This document shows, one piece after another, positions 1 through 8,781 of a DNA stretch of 64,000 bases. The notes under the pieces are model-generated. The model was not told where the DNA came from, searched no databases, and was given only the letters and a program-made list of their open reading frames with translations. Positions within the stretch are counted from its first letter, which is position 1. Each line of letters opens with the position of its first letter. The stretch spans positions 142 to 64,141 of the forward strand of contig CAMENN010000001.1 in the NCBI GenBank assembly GCA_945928315.1. Direction: 5' to 3'. The position numbers were made by a program, and so were the translations under genes. This DNA comes from an uncultured Clostridia bacterium (lineage in GTDB: Bacteria > Bacillota > Clostridia > Christensenellales > Aristaeellaceae).

Positions 1-1377
1 GTGCTGCTGCGGCGCTTCCGCTCCGGCGCGTTTGAATCCGCGCTGCTGGCCATCGACGGCATGTGCGACACGCGCGAGATCGACGAGAACATCCTGGGGC
101 CCTGCATGGACCTGCCCCGCGACGCGGGCGCGGACGTGCCGGGCGGTGAGCGCGTCGCCTACCTGATGGAAAACGCCGTCTCCATCCTGCCGATGCAGAT
201 GAAGGAGCGCTTTGATGACCTCATCGCCGACGCACTCTCCGGGCAGTGCGTGCTGCTGTGCGAGGACTGCGCCGCCGCCTGCGTGATGGACACGCGCGGA
301 TTCGACAAGCGCGGCGTCGGCCGGCCGGAGGCTGAGCGCGTCGTGCTCGGCCCGCACGAGAGCTTCACCGAGTCCATCCGCACCAACATCACGCTGCTGC
401 GGCGCATCGTGCAGCGGGAGACGCTGATCACCGAGTTCGTGAGCGTCGGCGGGGCGATGAAGACCCGCTGCGCGCTGCTCTATCTGCGCGGCACCGCCGA
501 CGAGGCGATGCTTGCACGCATCCGTCAGCGGCTGCTCGCCATCGACTACGACTTTCCGCTGACCACCGGCGAGATCGGCCAGTTCATCGAGGAGCACCCC
601 GGCTCGCTCATCCCACAGACCGTGCACACCGAGCGGCCCGACCGCGCGGCGTCGTTCCTGGCGGAGGGACAGGTGGTCGTGCTCACCGACGGCTCGCCCG
701 CCGCACTGGGCGCGCCCTCGACGGTCTGGCACCAGCTCCACACGCCCGACGACACCTCCATGCGCTGGCAGTACGGCACGTTCCTGCGGCTCATCCGGCT
801 GCTGGGCATCGCCGTGCATGTGCTGCTGCCGGGCATCTATCTGGCGCTGCTGCGCTTTCACCCGGAGCTGTTCTCGCCCATGCTGCTCACCAGCGTCTAT
901 GAGAGCGGCTCGCGCGTGCCGATCCCCGTGTACCTCGAGGCGCTGCTGATGACGCTGGCGTTCGACCTCATCGGCGAGGCGGGACTGCGCGCGCCCGGCT
1001 CCATGGGCAACGCGCTGGGCATCGTCTCCGGCCTCATCCTCGGACAGAGCGCCGTGAGCGCGGACATCGTCAGTCCCCTGCTGCTCATCGTCGTCGCGGC
1101 GAGCGGCCTGGGCGGCTTCTGCGTGCCGAACTACGCGCTGTCCATCGGGCTGCGCATCGTGCAGCTGATTGTGCTCACAGCGGGTGCTGCGGGCGGACTG
1201 TATCTCATCGCACTCGTGCTGCTGGCGCTGCTGTGCTCGCTGTGCCGGATGCAGTCGATCGGCTCGCCGCTGACCGCGCCGGTGACGCCGCCGCGCCGCG
1301 CCAATCCCGACATCCTGCTGCGCCTGCCGCTGCGCAGACAGAAAGCGAGGGCTTTCTTTGCCAAACACGACTCCTGA
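1..1377 (+). CDS. Spore germination protein, GerA-family A subunit (5' end cut by window edge)
   Basis: ORF is open from nt 1 (458 aa seen). Soluble N-part followed by a hydrophobic multi-TM C-part, as in GerA/GerKA-type receptors. First gene of an A-B-C arrangement with overlapping junctions. Confidence 0.85.
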   Translation: MLLRRFRSGAFESALLAIDGMCDTREIDENILGPCMDLPRDAGADVPGGERVAYLMENAVSILPMQMKERFDDLIADALSGQCVLLCEDCAAACVMDTRGFDKRGVGRPEAERVVLGPHESFTESIRTNITLLRRIVQRETLITEFVSVGGAMKTRCALLYLRGTADEAMLARIRQRLLAIDYDFPLTTGEIGQFIEEHPGSLIPQTVHTERPDRAASFLAEGQVVVLTDGSPAALGAPSTVWHQLHTPDDTSMRWQYGTFLRLIRLLGIAVHVLLPGIYLALLRFHPELFSPMLLTSVYESGSRVPIPVYLEALLMTLAFDLIGEAGLRAPGSMGNALGIVSGLILGQSAVSADIVSPLLLIVVAASGLGGFCVPNYALSIGLRIVQLIVLTAGAAGGLYLIALVLLALLCSLCRMQSIGSPLTAPVTPPRRANPDILLRLPLRRQKARAFFAKHDS

Positions 1378-2425
1378 ATCCGTCGTGGCCGCGCGCATCC
1401 GCGCAGCCTATCGCGTGCGGGCGTGCGCCGCGGCCGTCTGCACCGGCGCGGCCGTCTTCGCGCTGGGCACGGGCGTGGGCATGGCGATCTGCCTGAATGC
1501 CGCCTGGCTGGCCGCTGCTGCTGCGCTGCCCGCCTGCGCCCTGCTCACGCTGCTGGCCCATCGCGCGCTGACAAGCAGCAGGCCCGCGCGTCTGAGAAAC
1601 GCGCTGCTCGCGGCGCTGATGCTCCTGCTCGCGGTGTTCGCCCTCGCTGCGCTCGTCTCCCTCGCCAAGCAGACGATGCTGCCGCACGCCACCATCTCCT
1701 ACATCGCGCGCACGAGCTTCCTGATGGCGGCGCTGTGCTGCGCCTTCGGCGGGGCGGGCGTCTCCCGGCTGATGTTCGCGCTGCGCTTCGTGCTGGTCCT
1801 CGGGCTGGCGGCGCTGTGCGCGCTGTCGCTGCGCGGGGAATCCGCGTCGGGCCTGTTCCCGCTGCTGGGGCCGGGCGCGCGGCAGGTCGCTCTGGCGGCG
1901 CTGTGCATGCTCGCCGGGGCCGCGCCCGTGCTGCTGCTGGCGCTGCCCCCGGCAGAGCTCGCGGAGATTGACGAGGCCACGCGCCTCGGCGCCACGCCCG
2001 GGCCGGGGTTCTTCCTCTGGCGGGTGCTCCTGGGCGGCGCGATAGGCGTGCTGCTGCTGGCAGCGCTGTCGCTGGGCGGGCCCTACGAGCGCATCGCCCA
2101 GGAGACCTCCTGGGGACAGCGGATGCTGCTGGCCCGGGCGAGCGGACCGCGCGCGGGCGGCACGCAGACGGCGCTGCTGATCCTGCAAGCCGCGGCGCTG
2201 CTGCTGTGCGCCGCGCAGACGATGCTGGCGGGGGCACAGGCGCTGTCCGCCGCGCTGCCACGGCTTCAGCCGTTCGCGCTGCCCGTTGTGCTGGCGCTGT
2301 GCGCCGGTCTGCTCACCGCGCTGGTCTATACCGGGCTTGAAACGACGCTGCGGGCCGCGCCGCTGCTCAGCCTGCCCGCCGCGGCGGCCGGCGCGCTCTG
2401 CCTGGGAAGGAGGGAATCGCCGTGA
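1358..2425 (+). CDS. Germination receptor B-subunit-like polytopic membrane protein
   Basis: 355 aa, Ala/Leu-rich with many hydrophobic segments. Overlaps the upstream stop by 20 nt and the downstream start by 4 nt. The family call rests mainly on operon position. Confidence 0.6.
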   Translation: MPNTTPESVVAARIRAAYRVRACAAAVCTGAAVFALGTGVGMAICLNAAWLAAAAALPACALLTLLAHRALTSSRPARLRNALLAALMLLLAVFALAALVSLAKQTMLPHATISYIARTSFLMAALCCAFGGAGVSRLMFALRFVLVLGLAALCALSLRGESASGLFPLLGPGARQVALAALCMLAGAAPVLLLALPPAELAEIDEATRLGATPGPGFFLWRVLLGGAIGVLLLAALSLGGPYERIAQETSWGQRMLLARASGPRAGGTQTALLILQAAALLLCAAQTMLAGAQALSAALPRLQPFALPVVLALCAGLLTALVYTGLETTLRAAPLLSLPAAAAGALCLGRRESP

Positions 2426-3618
2426 AGCGCGCACTGGAGGCTGTGCTGCTCATCGCGGCGCTGCTGCTCACGGGCTCGGGCGGCGGCGGCCGCGAGATCG
2501 AAAGCTGTCTGTTCGTCATCGCGTTGGCCGTCGATCCCGCGCCGGACGGCAGCCTGACCGTCACGGTCAAGGCGCTCTCCGGCACGCAGGAGGCCGCCGC
2601 GCCGCAGAGCGGGGAGGATACGCCCTCCCAGGAGGAGGGACAAAGCGCGCCGTCCGCGGGGCAGACGGAGACGGTGGAGCCGGGCTATGTGACGCTGAGC
2701 GCCACGGCGGACAGCTGTCTTTCCGCGCTGAACCTGCTGAGCGCGACCACGCCGCGCTCCGTCGACCTCTCGCAGCTGCGGGAGATCGTGCTGAGCGAGA
2801 CGCTGGCCCAGACGGACGCGACGCTGACCATCCTGCGCCAGATCGACGCGCTCTACGAGGCGAACGCCGGGGCCATCGTCGTGGTGACGCCGGACGACGC
2901 GGGCGACTTCATCCGCCGCCAGTACGCGATGTTCGGCGTGCGGCTCTCGCAGTATCTCGAGGTGCTCTTCGACCACTTCGCGCAGCTGGGCACGATCCCG
3001 GCGAACGCGAAGCTCTCGGCCGTCATCAGCGCGATGGAGTCCTCCACGGCCGACGCGGCAGCGGTCTACGCGGCGGGCAACGCCTTTGACGCGACGCTGC
3101 TGCTCGGCGACGCATCGCCCACCGACCGTCTGCCCGGACATCTGCCGCGCACCTCCCCGGCAAAGAACGAATACCTGGGCAGCGCGGTCTTCTCGGGCGC
3201 GCGCATGGTCGGCACGCTGACGGGCGATGAGACGGCCATCCTGCGCATGATCAGCGGGCAGGCGCTCAACACCAGCATTTCCATGGGCGAGGCGATCTAC
3301 CAGATCAGCGTGCACACGCGCACGCGCCGCACGCTCGACTGGGTGGGCGGCGTGCCGGTGCTGGGCGCGTCGGTGTCCATCCGCATGGCGCTCTCCGCGG
3401 GTACGCAGCAGCAGACAGCCGCAGAGCTGGCCCGCCAGCTCGAATCCGACGCACAGCAGCTGCTCCGCAAGCTGCAGGCGATGGGCAGCGACCTGATCGG
3501 CTACGGCCGCCTGGCGGTGCGCCGCTGCGCCGACATCCCCGCCTGGGAGGCCAGCGGCTGGGAGACCGCCTACCGCACGGCGAACGTCCGCACGACGGCC
3601 CGCGTGCGGATTCAGTGA
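2422..3618 (+). CDS. Ger(x)C-family germination protein
   Basis: 398 aa. Hydrophobic N-terminal leader, then REIESCLFVIALAVDP resembling the conserved start of GerAC-type proteins. Third gene of the operon. Confidence 0.75.
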   Translation: MKRALEAVLLIAALLLTGSGGGGREIESCLFVIALAVDPAPDGSLTVTVKALSGTQEAAAPQSGEDTPSQEEGQSAPSAGQTETVEPGYVTLSATADSCLSALNLLSATTPRSVDLSQLREIVLSETLAQTDATLTILRQIDALYEANAGAIVVVTPDDAGDFIRRQYAMFGVRLSQYLEVLFDHFAQLGTIPANAKLSAVISAMESSTADAAAVYAAGNAFDATLLLGDASPTDRLPGHLPRTSPAKNEYLGSAVFSGARMVGTLTGDETAILRMISGQALNTSISMGEAIYQISVHTRTRRTLDWVGGVPVLGASVSIRMALSAGTQQQTAAELARQLESDAQQLLRKLQAMGSDLIGYGRLAVRRCADIPAWEASGWETAYRTANVRTTARVRIQ

Positions 3619-3687
3619 CCGGGGCGCGCGCCGCGCTTCCCTTTTGGGTGCACCCGTGGTATACTGAGGGGCACGAGGAGGTGCCCT

Positions 3688-4284
3688 ATGTTCATCGACG
3701 TATACGACTTTGACGGCACGATCTACGACGGGGATTCCACCGTCGATCTGGTCTTGTTCTGCCTGCGCCGCCACCCGGCGCTGCTCACCGGCCTGCCGGG
3801 CCTGCTGCCCAGGCTCGCGGGCGCGCTGACTGGCAGGATCAGCCTGACCGCGTTCAAGACGGCGCTCTTCACGCGCATGGCCACGCGCATCGACCTGGCG
3901 GCCGAATCGGAGCTGTTCTGGCTGGACGCGCGCACGCAGGCGAAGCTGGGCAAGTGGTTTCAGGATACGCCGCGCGACCTGCCGGTCGTGATCGCGTCGG
4001 CTTCGCCGGAGTTTGAGCTGCGCCACGCAGCGAAGCTGCTGGGCGTCGATACGCTCATCGGCACGCGGGCGAACGCGGAAACGGGCGAGCTGATTGGCAA
4101 GAACTGCAAGGGCGCGGAGAAGATCCGGCGCATCGGGGAGGCCATCGGGCCGTTCACGGTGCGGGCGATGTACACGGACAGCGTGAAGTCGGACGGGCCG
4201 CTGCTGGACATGGCGCAGGAGAAGTATCTCGTGCGCCACGGGAAGGTGCAGAAGCTGCCGGATGATTTCAAGGCCGGAAGATAA
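3688..4284 (+). CDS. HAD-superfamily hydrolase (HAD-IB-like)
   Basis: N-terminus MFIDVYDFDGTIYDGDS carries the DxDGT motif I. 198 aa. RBS GAGGAGG lies upstream. The TAA stop abuts repeat R1. Confidence 0.8.
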   Translation: MFIDVYDFDGTIYDGDSTVDLVLFCLRRHPALLTGLPGLLPRLAGALTGRISLTAFKTALFTRMATRIDLAAESELFWLDARTQAKLGKWFQDTPRDLPVVIASASPEFELRHAAKLLGVDTLIGTRANAETGELIGKNCKGAEKIRRIGEAIGPFTVRAMYTDSVKSDGPLLDMAQEKYLVRHGKVQKLPDDFKAGR

Positions 4285-4314
4285 GCGCGAAGCGAGGAAG
4301 GGAGTCTGGGGGAC

Positions 4315-4408
4315 CGGAGCCCACCGCGCCCTGTGGGCGATGAAGGTGGGCGGAGCGTCGGAAATCGCAAGGAGTGCCGCTTGCGGCACGACTATGCGAG
4401 TTTCCCGG
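4315..4408 (+). repeat. M2 sub-element, copy a
   Basis: CGGAGCC...TTTCCCGG interrupts the GGGGAC/GTCCCC hairpin of beta. Confidence 0.8.
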
Positions 4409-4440
4409 ACTCTGATCCCCAGGCTAGGGGTTTGGGGGAC

Positions 4441-4527
4441 CGGAACCCGCCGCCGCCAGTGGCGGATGAAGGCGAGTGGAGCGTCGGAAACGGAAAGGAG
4501 CGCTTGCACGACTATTCCGTTTCCCGG
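4441..4527 (+). repeat. M2 sub-element, copy b
   Basis: CGGAACC...TTTCCCGG interrupts the GGGGGAT-GAA-ATCCCCC hairpin. Confidence 0.8.
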
Positions 4528-4697
4528 TCTGAAATCCCCCAACGTTCCTATATCGCGAAGCGATCAAAGAAAAAAGTAGTCAGGGAGCGAAGCGTTACCT
4601 GACGGGGCTTAGCGCATAGCTGTAAAAACAGCCTCACCGCTTCGCACCCCTGTCGCGATTTTCCATGCAGGGCTGCGGCTATCATATTCATACGCAA

Positions 4698-4742
4698 AGG
4701 AAGGGCCAGGGGAGCGATATTCCCCGACCCTTCCTGTTTTTG
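4698..4742. terminator. Bidirectional intrinsic terminator between the convergent HAD and glgA genes
   Basis: AGGAAGGGCC...GACCCTTCCT stem followed by GTTTTTG. An A-rich run lies on the other side. Confidence 0.75.
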
Positions 4743-4761
4743 TATATTGATCGAATGCGCG

Positions 4762-6585
4762 TCACTTTCCCGGCGACAGCAGGTGCCGGATCTCAAAGCC
4801 CTTCGAGAGGTTGCCGCTCAGCTTGATCTGCCCGCTCAGGTAGAGCTTGTCCGTCGTCACGATGCCGCGGGCCATGTCCAGCAGGTTGTCAAACGAGCAG
4901 TCGATGAACGCCTCGGCCTGCGGGTGCGCCGTCGGCCGCACATACATGTTGCCGTCCGCAAACTCCACGTGCATCACGCCCTCCGTGCGCCCGTAGACGT
5001 GGATCTGGAAGATGCGGTGGAAGTCCTTGCGGTTGCGCTTGGCGTAGCGCGCCTTGTTGATGCGGTCGTTCTCCTCGTAGCAGTGGCGCAGCTGCTCAAA
5101 GGCGTCCTCGAACGGCACCTCGCCCGTGGCGACCATCTTGTTGCCGTCGGTGATGTCGTCGTACATTTCCTCGTAGGCGCGCGCGCTCTTGTCCCAGGAG
5201 AAGTCCTTCGTCATGCAGCGGTAGCGCAGGGTGTCGAACATCTGCTCGTTGCTGAAGTAGAGCTTGACCGCCTCGGAGACCGCCAGATACAGGTCCTTCG
5301 CCTGATAGTTGGAGAACGCGAAGCCGTCGCCCACGCCGTCGAAGTCCTTGTAGGCGCGCACGGAGTCCTTGAGGCCGCCCGTCTCATGCACGATGGGCAC
5401 GGTACCGTAGCGCATCGCCATCATCTGGGACAGGCCGCAGGGTTCAAAGCGCGAGGGCATCAGGTACATGTCCGCGCCGGCGAAGATCTTGCTGGCCATC
5501 GGCTCGTTGTAGGCGCTGGAGAAGCCCAGCTGTCCCGGCCAGTTTTCCTTCGCCCAGTTGAAATAATCGATGTATTGCTGGTCGCCCTGGCCAAAGACGA
5601 TGAGCTGCACGCCCATGTCCATGAGGCCCGGGAGAATCTGCTTGATCAGCTCGATGCCCTTCTGCTCGACCAGGCGCGCCACGGAGGCCAGCAGCGGCCA
5701 TTCCGGCTCATCGGAGAGGCCGAAGATCTTCTGGATCTCGCGCTTGCACAGCACCTTGCCGCTGCGGTCGTCCGGCGTGAAGTGATACGGGATCATCGGG
5801 TCATGCGAGGGGTCGTAGTGATCGACGTCGATGCCGTTGAGGATGCCGTAGAGCTTGCCGTCCACGATGTCGACGACGCCCTGCAGGCCGTGCGCGTAGT
5901 AGGGATAGTGCAATTCGCGCGCGTAGGTCGGGGAGACGGTGGAAACGGCGTCGGCCATGAGCATGGCGCCCTTCATGAGGTTGATGTCGTGGCGGCCCTG
6001 ATACTCATAGCCCAGACCGCCGTCGTACCAGCCCTCGGGCAGGGCGAAGACGTCCTTCATCTCGGACTTGCCGAACTGGCCCTGATAGGCGATGTTGTGG
6101 ATGGTATAGACGGTCTTGATGGGCTTGAGCTCGTCGCGCAGAACCATGTCGTTCTTGAGGTAGATGATGGCGAGGGCGGTCTCCCAGTCGTTGCAGTGGA
6201 GGATCTGCGGCATGAAGTCGAGGTCGCCGAGCAGGTCGATGACGGCGCGGCAGAAGAACGCGAAGCGCAGCGAGTCATCGCCATAGCCATACAGGCGCGG
6301 GCGATGGAAAAAGTGCTCATTCTCGACGAACCAGACGGTGACGCCGTTCAGCTCGCCGCGAAAGAGGGCGCAGGGCATGACGCGCTGCCCGAGGCGCACC
6401 TGGCACTCCTTGACCTTCGTGAGCGTATCGCCGTAGCTTTCGCGGGTGCACTGATAGAGCGGCACGATGGTGGCGATCTCATCGCCGGCCTTTTTGAGTG
6501 CCGGCGGCAGGGAGAAGGCGACGTCCGCCAGGCCGCCGGACTTGCTGAAGGGTGCGCATTCGCTGGTCACAAACAGGATTTTCAT
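4762..6585 (-). CDS. glgA: Glycogen/starch synthase (GT5) with C-terminal SCP2-like extension
   Basis: MKILFVTSECAPFSKSGGLADV carries the KSGGL motif. Start set at ATG 6585 (RBS AAGGGG); the track ORF extends 25 codons further upstream. The last ~125 aa (...LYLSGQIKLSGNLSKGFEI...) look SCP2-like. Confidence 0.9.
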   Translation of the reverse strand: MKILFVTSECAPFSKSGGLADVAFSLPPALKKAGDEIATIVPLYQCTRESYGDTLTKVKECQVRLGQRVMPCALFRGELNGVTVWFVENEHFFHRPRLYGYGDDSLRFAFFCRAVIDLLGDLDFMPQILHCNDWETALAIIYLKNDMVLRDELKPIKTVYTIHNIAYQGQFGKSEMKDVFALPEGWYDGGLGYEYQGRHDINLMKGAMLMADAVSTVSPTYARELHYPYYAHGLQGVVDIVDGKLYGILNGIDVDHYDPSHDPMIPYHFTPDDRSGKVLCKREIQKIFGLSDEPEWPLLASVARLVEQKGIELIKQILPGLMDMGVQLIVFGQGDQQYIDYFNWAKENWPGQLGFSSAYNEPMASKIFAGADMYLMPSRFEPCGLSQMMAMRYGTVPIVHETGGLKDSVRAYKDFDGVGDGFAFSNYQAKDLYLAVSEAVKLYFSNEQMFDTLRYRCMTKDFSWDKSARAYEEMYDDITDGNKMVATGEVPFEDAFEQLRHCYEENDRINKARYAKRNRKDFHRIFQIHVYGRTEGVMHVEFADGNMYVRPTAHPQAEAFIDCSFDNLLDMARGIVTTDKLYLSGQIKLSGNLSKGFEIRHLLSPGK

Positions 6586-6682
6586 CGGGATAGCCCCTTT
6601 CATGAAAATGATATGCATCTGTGTGGATATGACGAGGGGCTGACGCGCCGGTTCGCGCATCAGCCGGGTTTGCTATGATTCA

Positions 6683-6883
6683 CCGTCAGGTAACGCTTCG
6701 CTCCCTGACTGCTTTCTTTTTTGGATCGCTTCGCGATGGGGTACGTTGGGGGCCTTGTCCGGGGAACTCGCATAGTCGCGACGCAAGCGTCGCTCCTTGC
6801 GATTCCCGACGCTCCTCCCACCTTCATTGCCCACAGGGCGCGGTGGGCTCCGGTCCCCCAGACCCCTTCTTCGCTTCGCGCGG
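6683..6883 (-). repeat. Composite hairpin repeat R2 (reverse complement: alpha - M2 - short beta - gamma)
   Basis: Reverse complement of 6683-6883 is colinear with R1. M2 copy c is at 6759-6853. Confidence 0.9.
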
Positions 6884-6929
6884 TTTAAGGGGTTTTAATT
6901 CCATAACCCTCTCCCCCGCATGAAGCCGA

Positions 6930-7280
6930 TCACCGCGTTGGCCGCGCAGGCACAGCCGCCGGTCTCGCGCGGATGAGCGTCGAGATATTGAAATCGTCCT
7001 TGCCCTCGAAGACCTCGTAGACGTCGAGGTGCCACACGCCATGCTTCTTCGTAAAGCGCTCGGCAATCCTGCGCGCGGCGGCGCGGGCGGGATGGGCGTC
7101 CGTGTATTCCGGCCAGAACCGGCAGATGGAGAACGTCTCGCATGGGGCGAAGCTGGTAAAGACCATGATGAGCGGCAGCTCGTCCGTCAGGATCACCTCC
7201 GGCGCGAACGATTCGATGACGGGCAGAATGCCGTCGATCACGCCGTCGGCCGCGCCCACGGGGATATAAACGGCTTTCAT
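6930..7280 (-). CDS. Hypothetical protein (116 aa)
   Basis: ATG preceded by AAGGAGAG. No motif recognised. Followed by repeat R2. Confidence 0.55.
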   Translation of the reverse strand: MKAVYIPVGAADGVIDGILPVIESFAPEVILTDELPLIMVFTSFAPCETFSICRFWPEYTDAHPARAAARRIAERFTKKHGVWHLDVYEVFEGKDDFNISTLIRARPAAVPARPTR

Positions 7281-7437
7281 CGGTTCTCTCTCCTTTTCCC
7301 CGGAGCTTACTGGTTACATTTTACAGAACAAATGTCGTGAAGTCAACAATTTCACCAATCCACGGGAAAACTTTTTCACCAAAGCCGCCCAAGGCCGCGT
7401 CCGTGTCCAACTCTCCCCGTTTCCACCCTCTTTGTGC

Positions 7438-7466
7438 TTGACTTGCGCCGCGCGGCACACTATAAT
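7438..7466 (+). promoter_or_regulatory. Sigma-A-type promoter of the FbpABC-like operon
   Basis: TTGACT, 17 nt, TATAAT. Confidence 0.7.
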
Positions 7467-7574
7467 AAGCATAGATTTTACGTTGTTTTAACAAATTCGC
7501 CGGATTCATGCAGTCATTATGGAGGCAGTCGGGCCTTCATAACATAAAAACATCAAACTCAGGAGGGAAAACAC

Positions 7575-8750
7575 ATGAAACGGATTCTGTCCCTGGTGCT
7601 CGCTCTGGCTCTGCTGCTGAGCGTGTGCGCAATCGCCTCTGCGGAGACCGTCGGGGAGGCGCTCGCCGCCGCCGCGAAGATGACCAACGAGGAGCTCTAT
7701 GAGAAGGCCAAGGAGGAAGCCGCTGCCGGCGCGCAGCTCAACTTCTACTCCACGACCTCCTTTGCCGAGAAGGCCGCGGCCAACTTCATGAACGACTATC
7801 CGGAGCTGGCGGGCAAGGTCGTCTACGCCGAGATTGACGACGTGGAAACCTACACCATCCTGACCAACACGATCGGCTCGGGCGTCAAGGACTCCGCCGA
7901 CATGGCGCTGACCCAGAACGGCCCGGACCTCAAGACCTATCTGCTCGACGAGGGCCTGACCCTGACCTACTTCCCGGACGCGCTGAAGGATGTCGTCTCC
8001 GAGGCGGAGCAGGAGCCGGCGGTCGTGACCTACGTCAACTCGCTGTTCATCTATCACAACGGCGAGGGCTCCGTCAACTTCACGAACGTCTGGGAGCTGA
8101 CCGAGCCGCAGTGGAAGGACCGCATCTTCTTCAAGGACCCGACCAACGAGACGGTCAACATCAACTTCCTGATCATGCTGACGAGCGAAAAGTGGAACGC
8201 GCGCCTGGAAGCGGCGTATGAGAGCTACTACGGCAAGGCATGGGAAGCGGGCGAGTTTGACTCTGCGGCGCTGCAGTGGATCGACGGGTTCCTGGCGAAC
8301 GTGAACTACACCTATACCTCCGCCTCCAAGATGGCGGCGGGCATCGCCTCCGGCGCGCCGGGCAACATGGGCCTGTTCGTCTTCTCCAAGCTGCGCAAGG
8401 TCGATGAGGCCGACCGCGGCAACCTGACCGTCGTGCAGTTCGAGAACGAGGTCGAGGGCTTCTCCGGCTTCATGTATCCGATCTACGCCACCGTCTGCAA
8501 GGACACCGAGTGCCCCTACACCTGCGCGCTGTTCATCAACTATCTGCTCAGCGAGGAGGGCTTTGCCGGCCCGAAGAGCTGGAACTCCAGCCAGGGCTAC
8601 TACTCCCCGAACAAGACCATCGCCAAGCCCGAGGACATCGAGGACGAGCCGTACGAGTACTGGATCGAGCGTCTGGTGACCGAGGATCTTGACTACATCT
8701 ACGATCACTACATCGACGTGTACGAGTTCATCGCGACCCGCGTGGGCTAA
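7575..8750 (+). CDS. ABC transporter substrate-binding lipoprotein (Fe3+/polyamine/thiamine-type family 1)
   Basis: Signal/lipobox MKRILSLVLALALLLSVCAIASA. 391 aa. Upstream of a fused double permease and an ATPase. Confidence 0.8.
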   Translation: MKRILSLVLALALLLSVCAIASAETVGEALAAAAKMTNEELYEKAKEEAAAGAQLNFYSTTSFAEKAAANFMNDYPELAGKVVYAEIDDVETYTILTNTIGSGVKDSADMALTQNGPDLKTYLLDEGLTLTYFPDALKDVVSEAEQEPAVVTYVNSLFIYHNGEGSVNFTNVWELTEPQWKDRIFFKDPTNETVNINFLIMLTSEKWNARLEAAYESYYGKAWEAGEFDSAALQWIDGFLANVNYTYTSASKMAAGIASGAPGNMGLFVFSKLRKVDEADRGNLTVVQFENEVEGFSGFMYPIYATVCKDTECPYTCALFINYLLSEEGFAGPKSWNSSQGYYSPNKTIAKPEDIEDEPYEYWIERLVTEDLDYIYDHYIDVYEFIATRVG

Positions 8751-8781
8751 AGTGCTTGCGGCAACCATGACATGAAATAAT

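Larger units (their letters stand above)
4285..4607 (+). repeat. Composite hairpin repeat R1 (alpha - M2 - partial beta - M2 - gamma)
   Basis: GCGCGAAGCGAGGAAGGG starts directly after the HAD TAA. Ends ...GTCAGGGAGCGAAGCGTTACCTGACGGGG. Contains two M2 insertions. Confidence 0.9.

Noticed and set aside
1205-2434. 409-aa Arg/Gln/Gly-rich ORF on the - strand
   Set aside because: It is antisense to the germination B-subunit gene. The extreme R/Q/G/A composition is what a GC-rich antisense frame produces. There are no start signals.
4262-4602. Small ORFs translated from the repeats (4262-4579, 4333-4602; likewise 12220-12441, 12614-12868, 6675-6923, 36568-36846)
   Set aside because: The frames are not conserved between repeat copies. 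Copies occur in both orientations, and module insertions and deletions break the frames. Nucleotide-level hairpin symmetry explains the conservation.
4285-4607. CRISPR array interpretation of the intergenic repeats
   Set aside because: There is no fixed-length direct repeat alternating with unique spacers. The units are palindromic modules of different kinds dispersed over ten loci, and there are no cas genes.
4747-6678. 643-aa ORF on the + strand
   Set aside because: It is fully antisense to the well-supported glgA gene. Its translation is low-complexity (V/A/H/D/L/G/R-rich) with no motif and no RBS. This is a typical shadow ORF of a ~66 % GC genome.
7467-7574. Possible riboswitch in the leader of the FbpABC-like operon
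   Set aside because: The leader is only about 100 nt and AT-rich. I could not find conserved cores of TPP, cobalamin, Mn or Ni/Co riboswitches.
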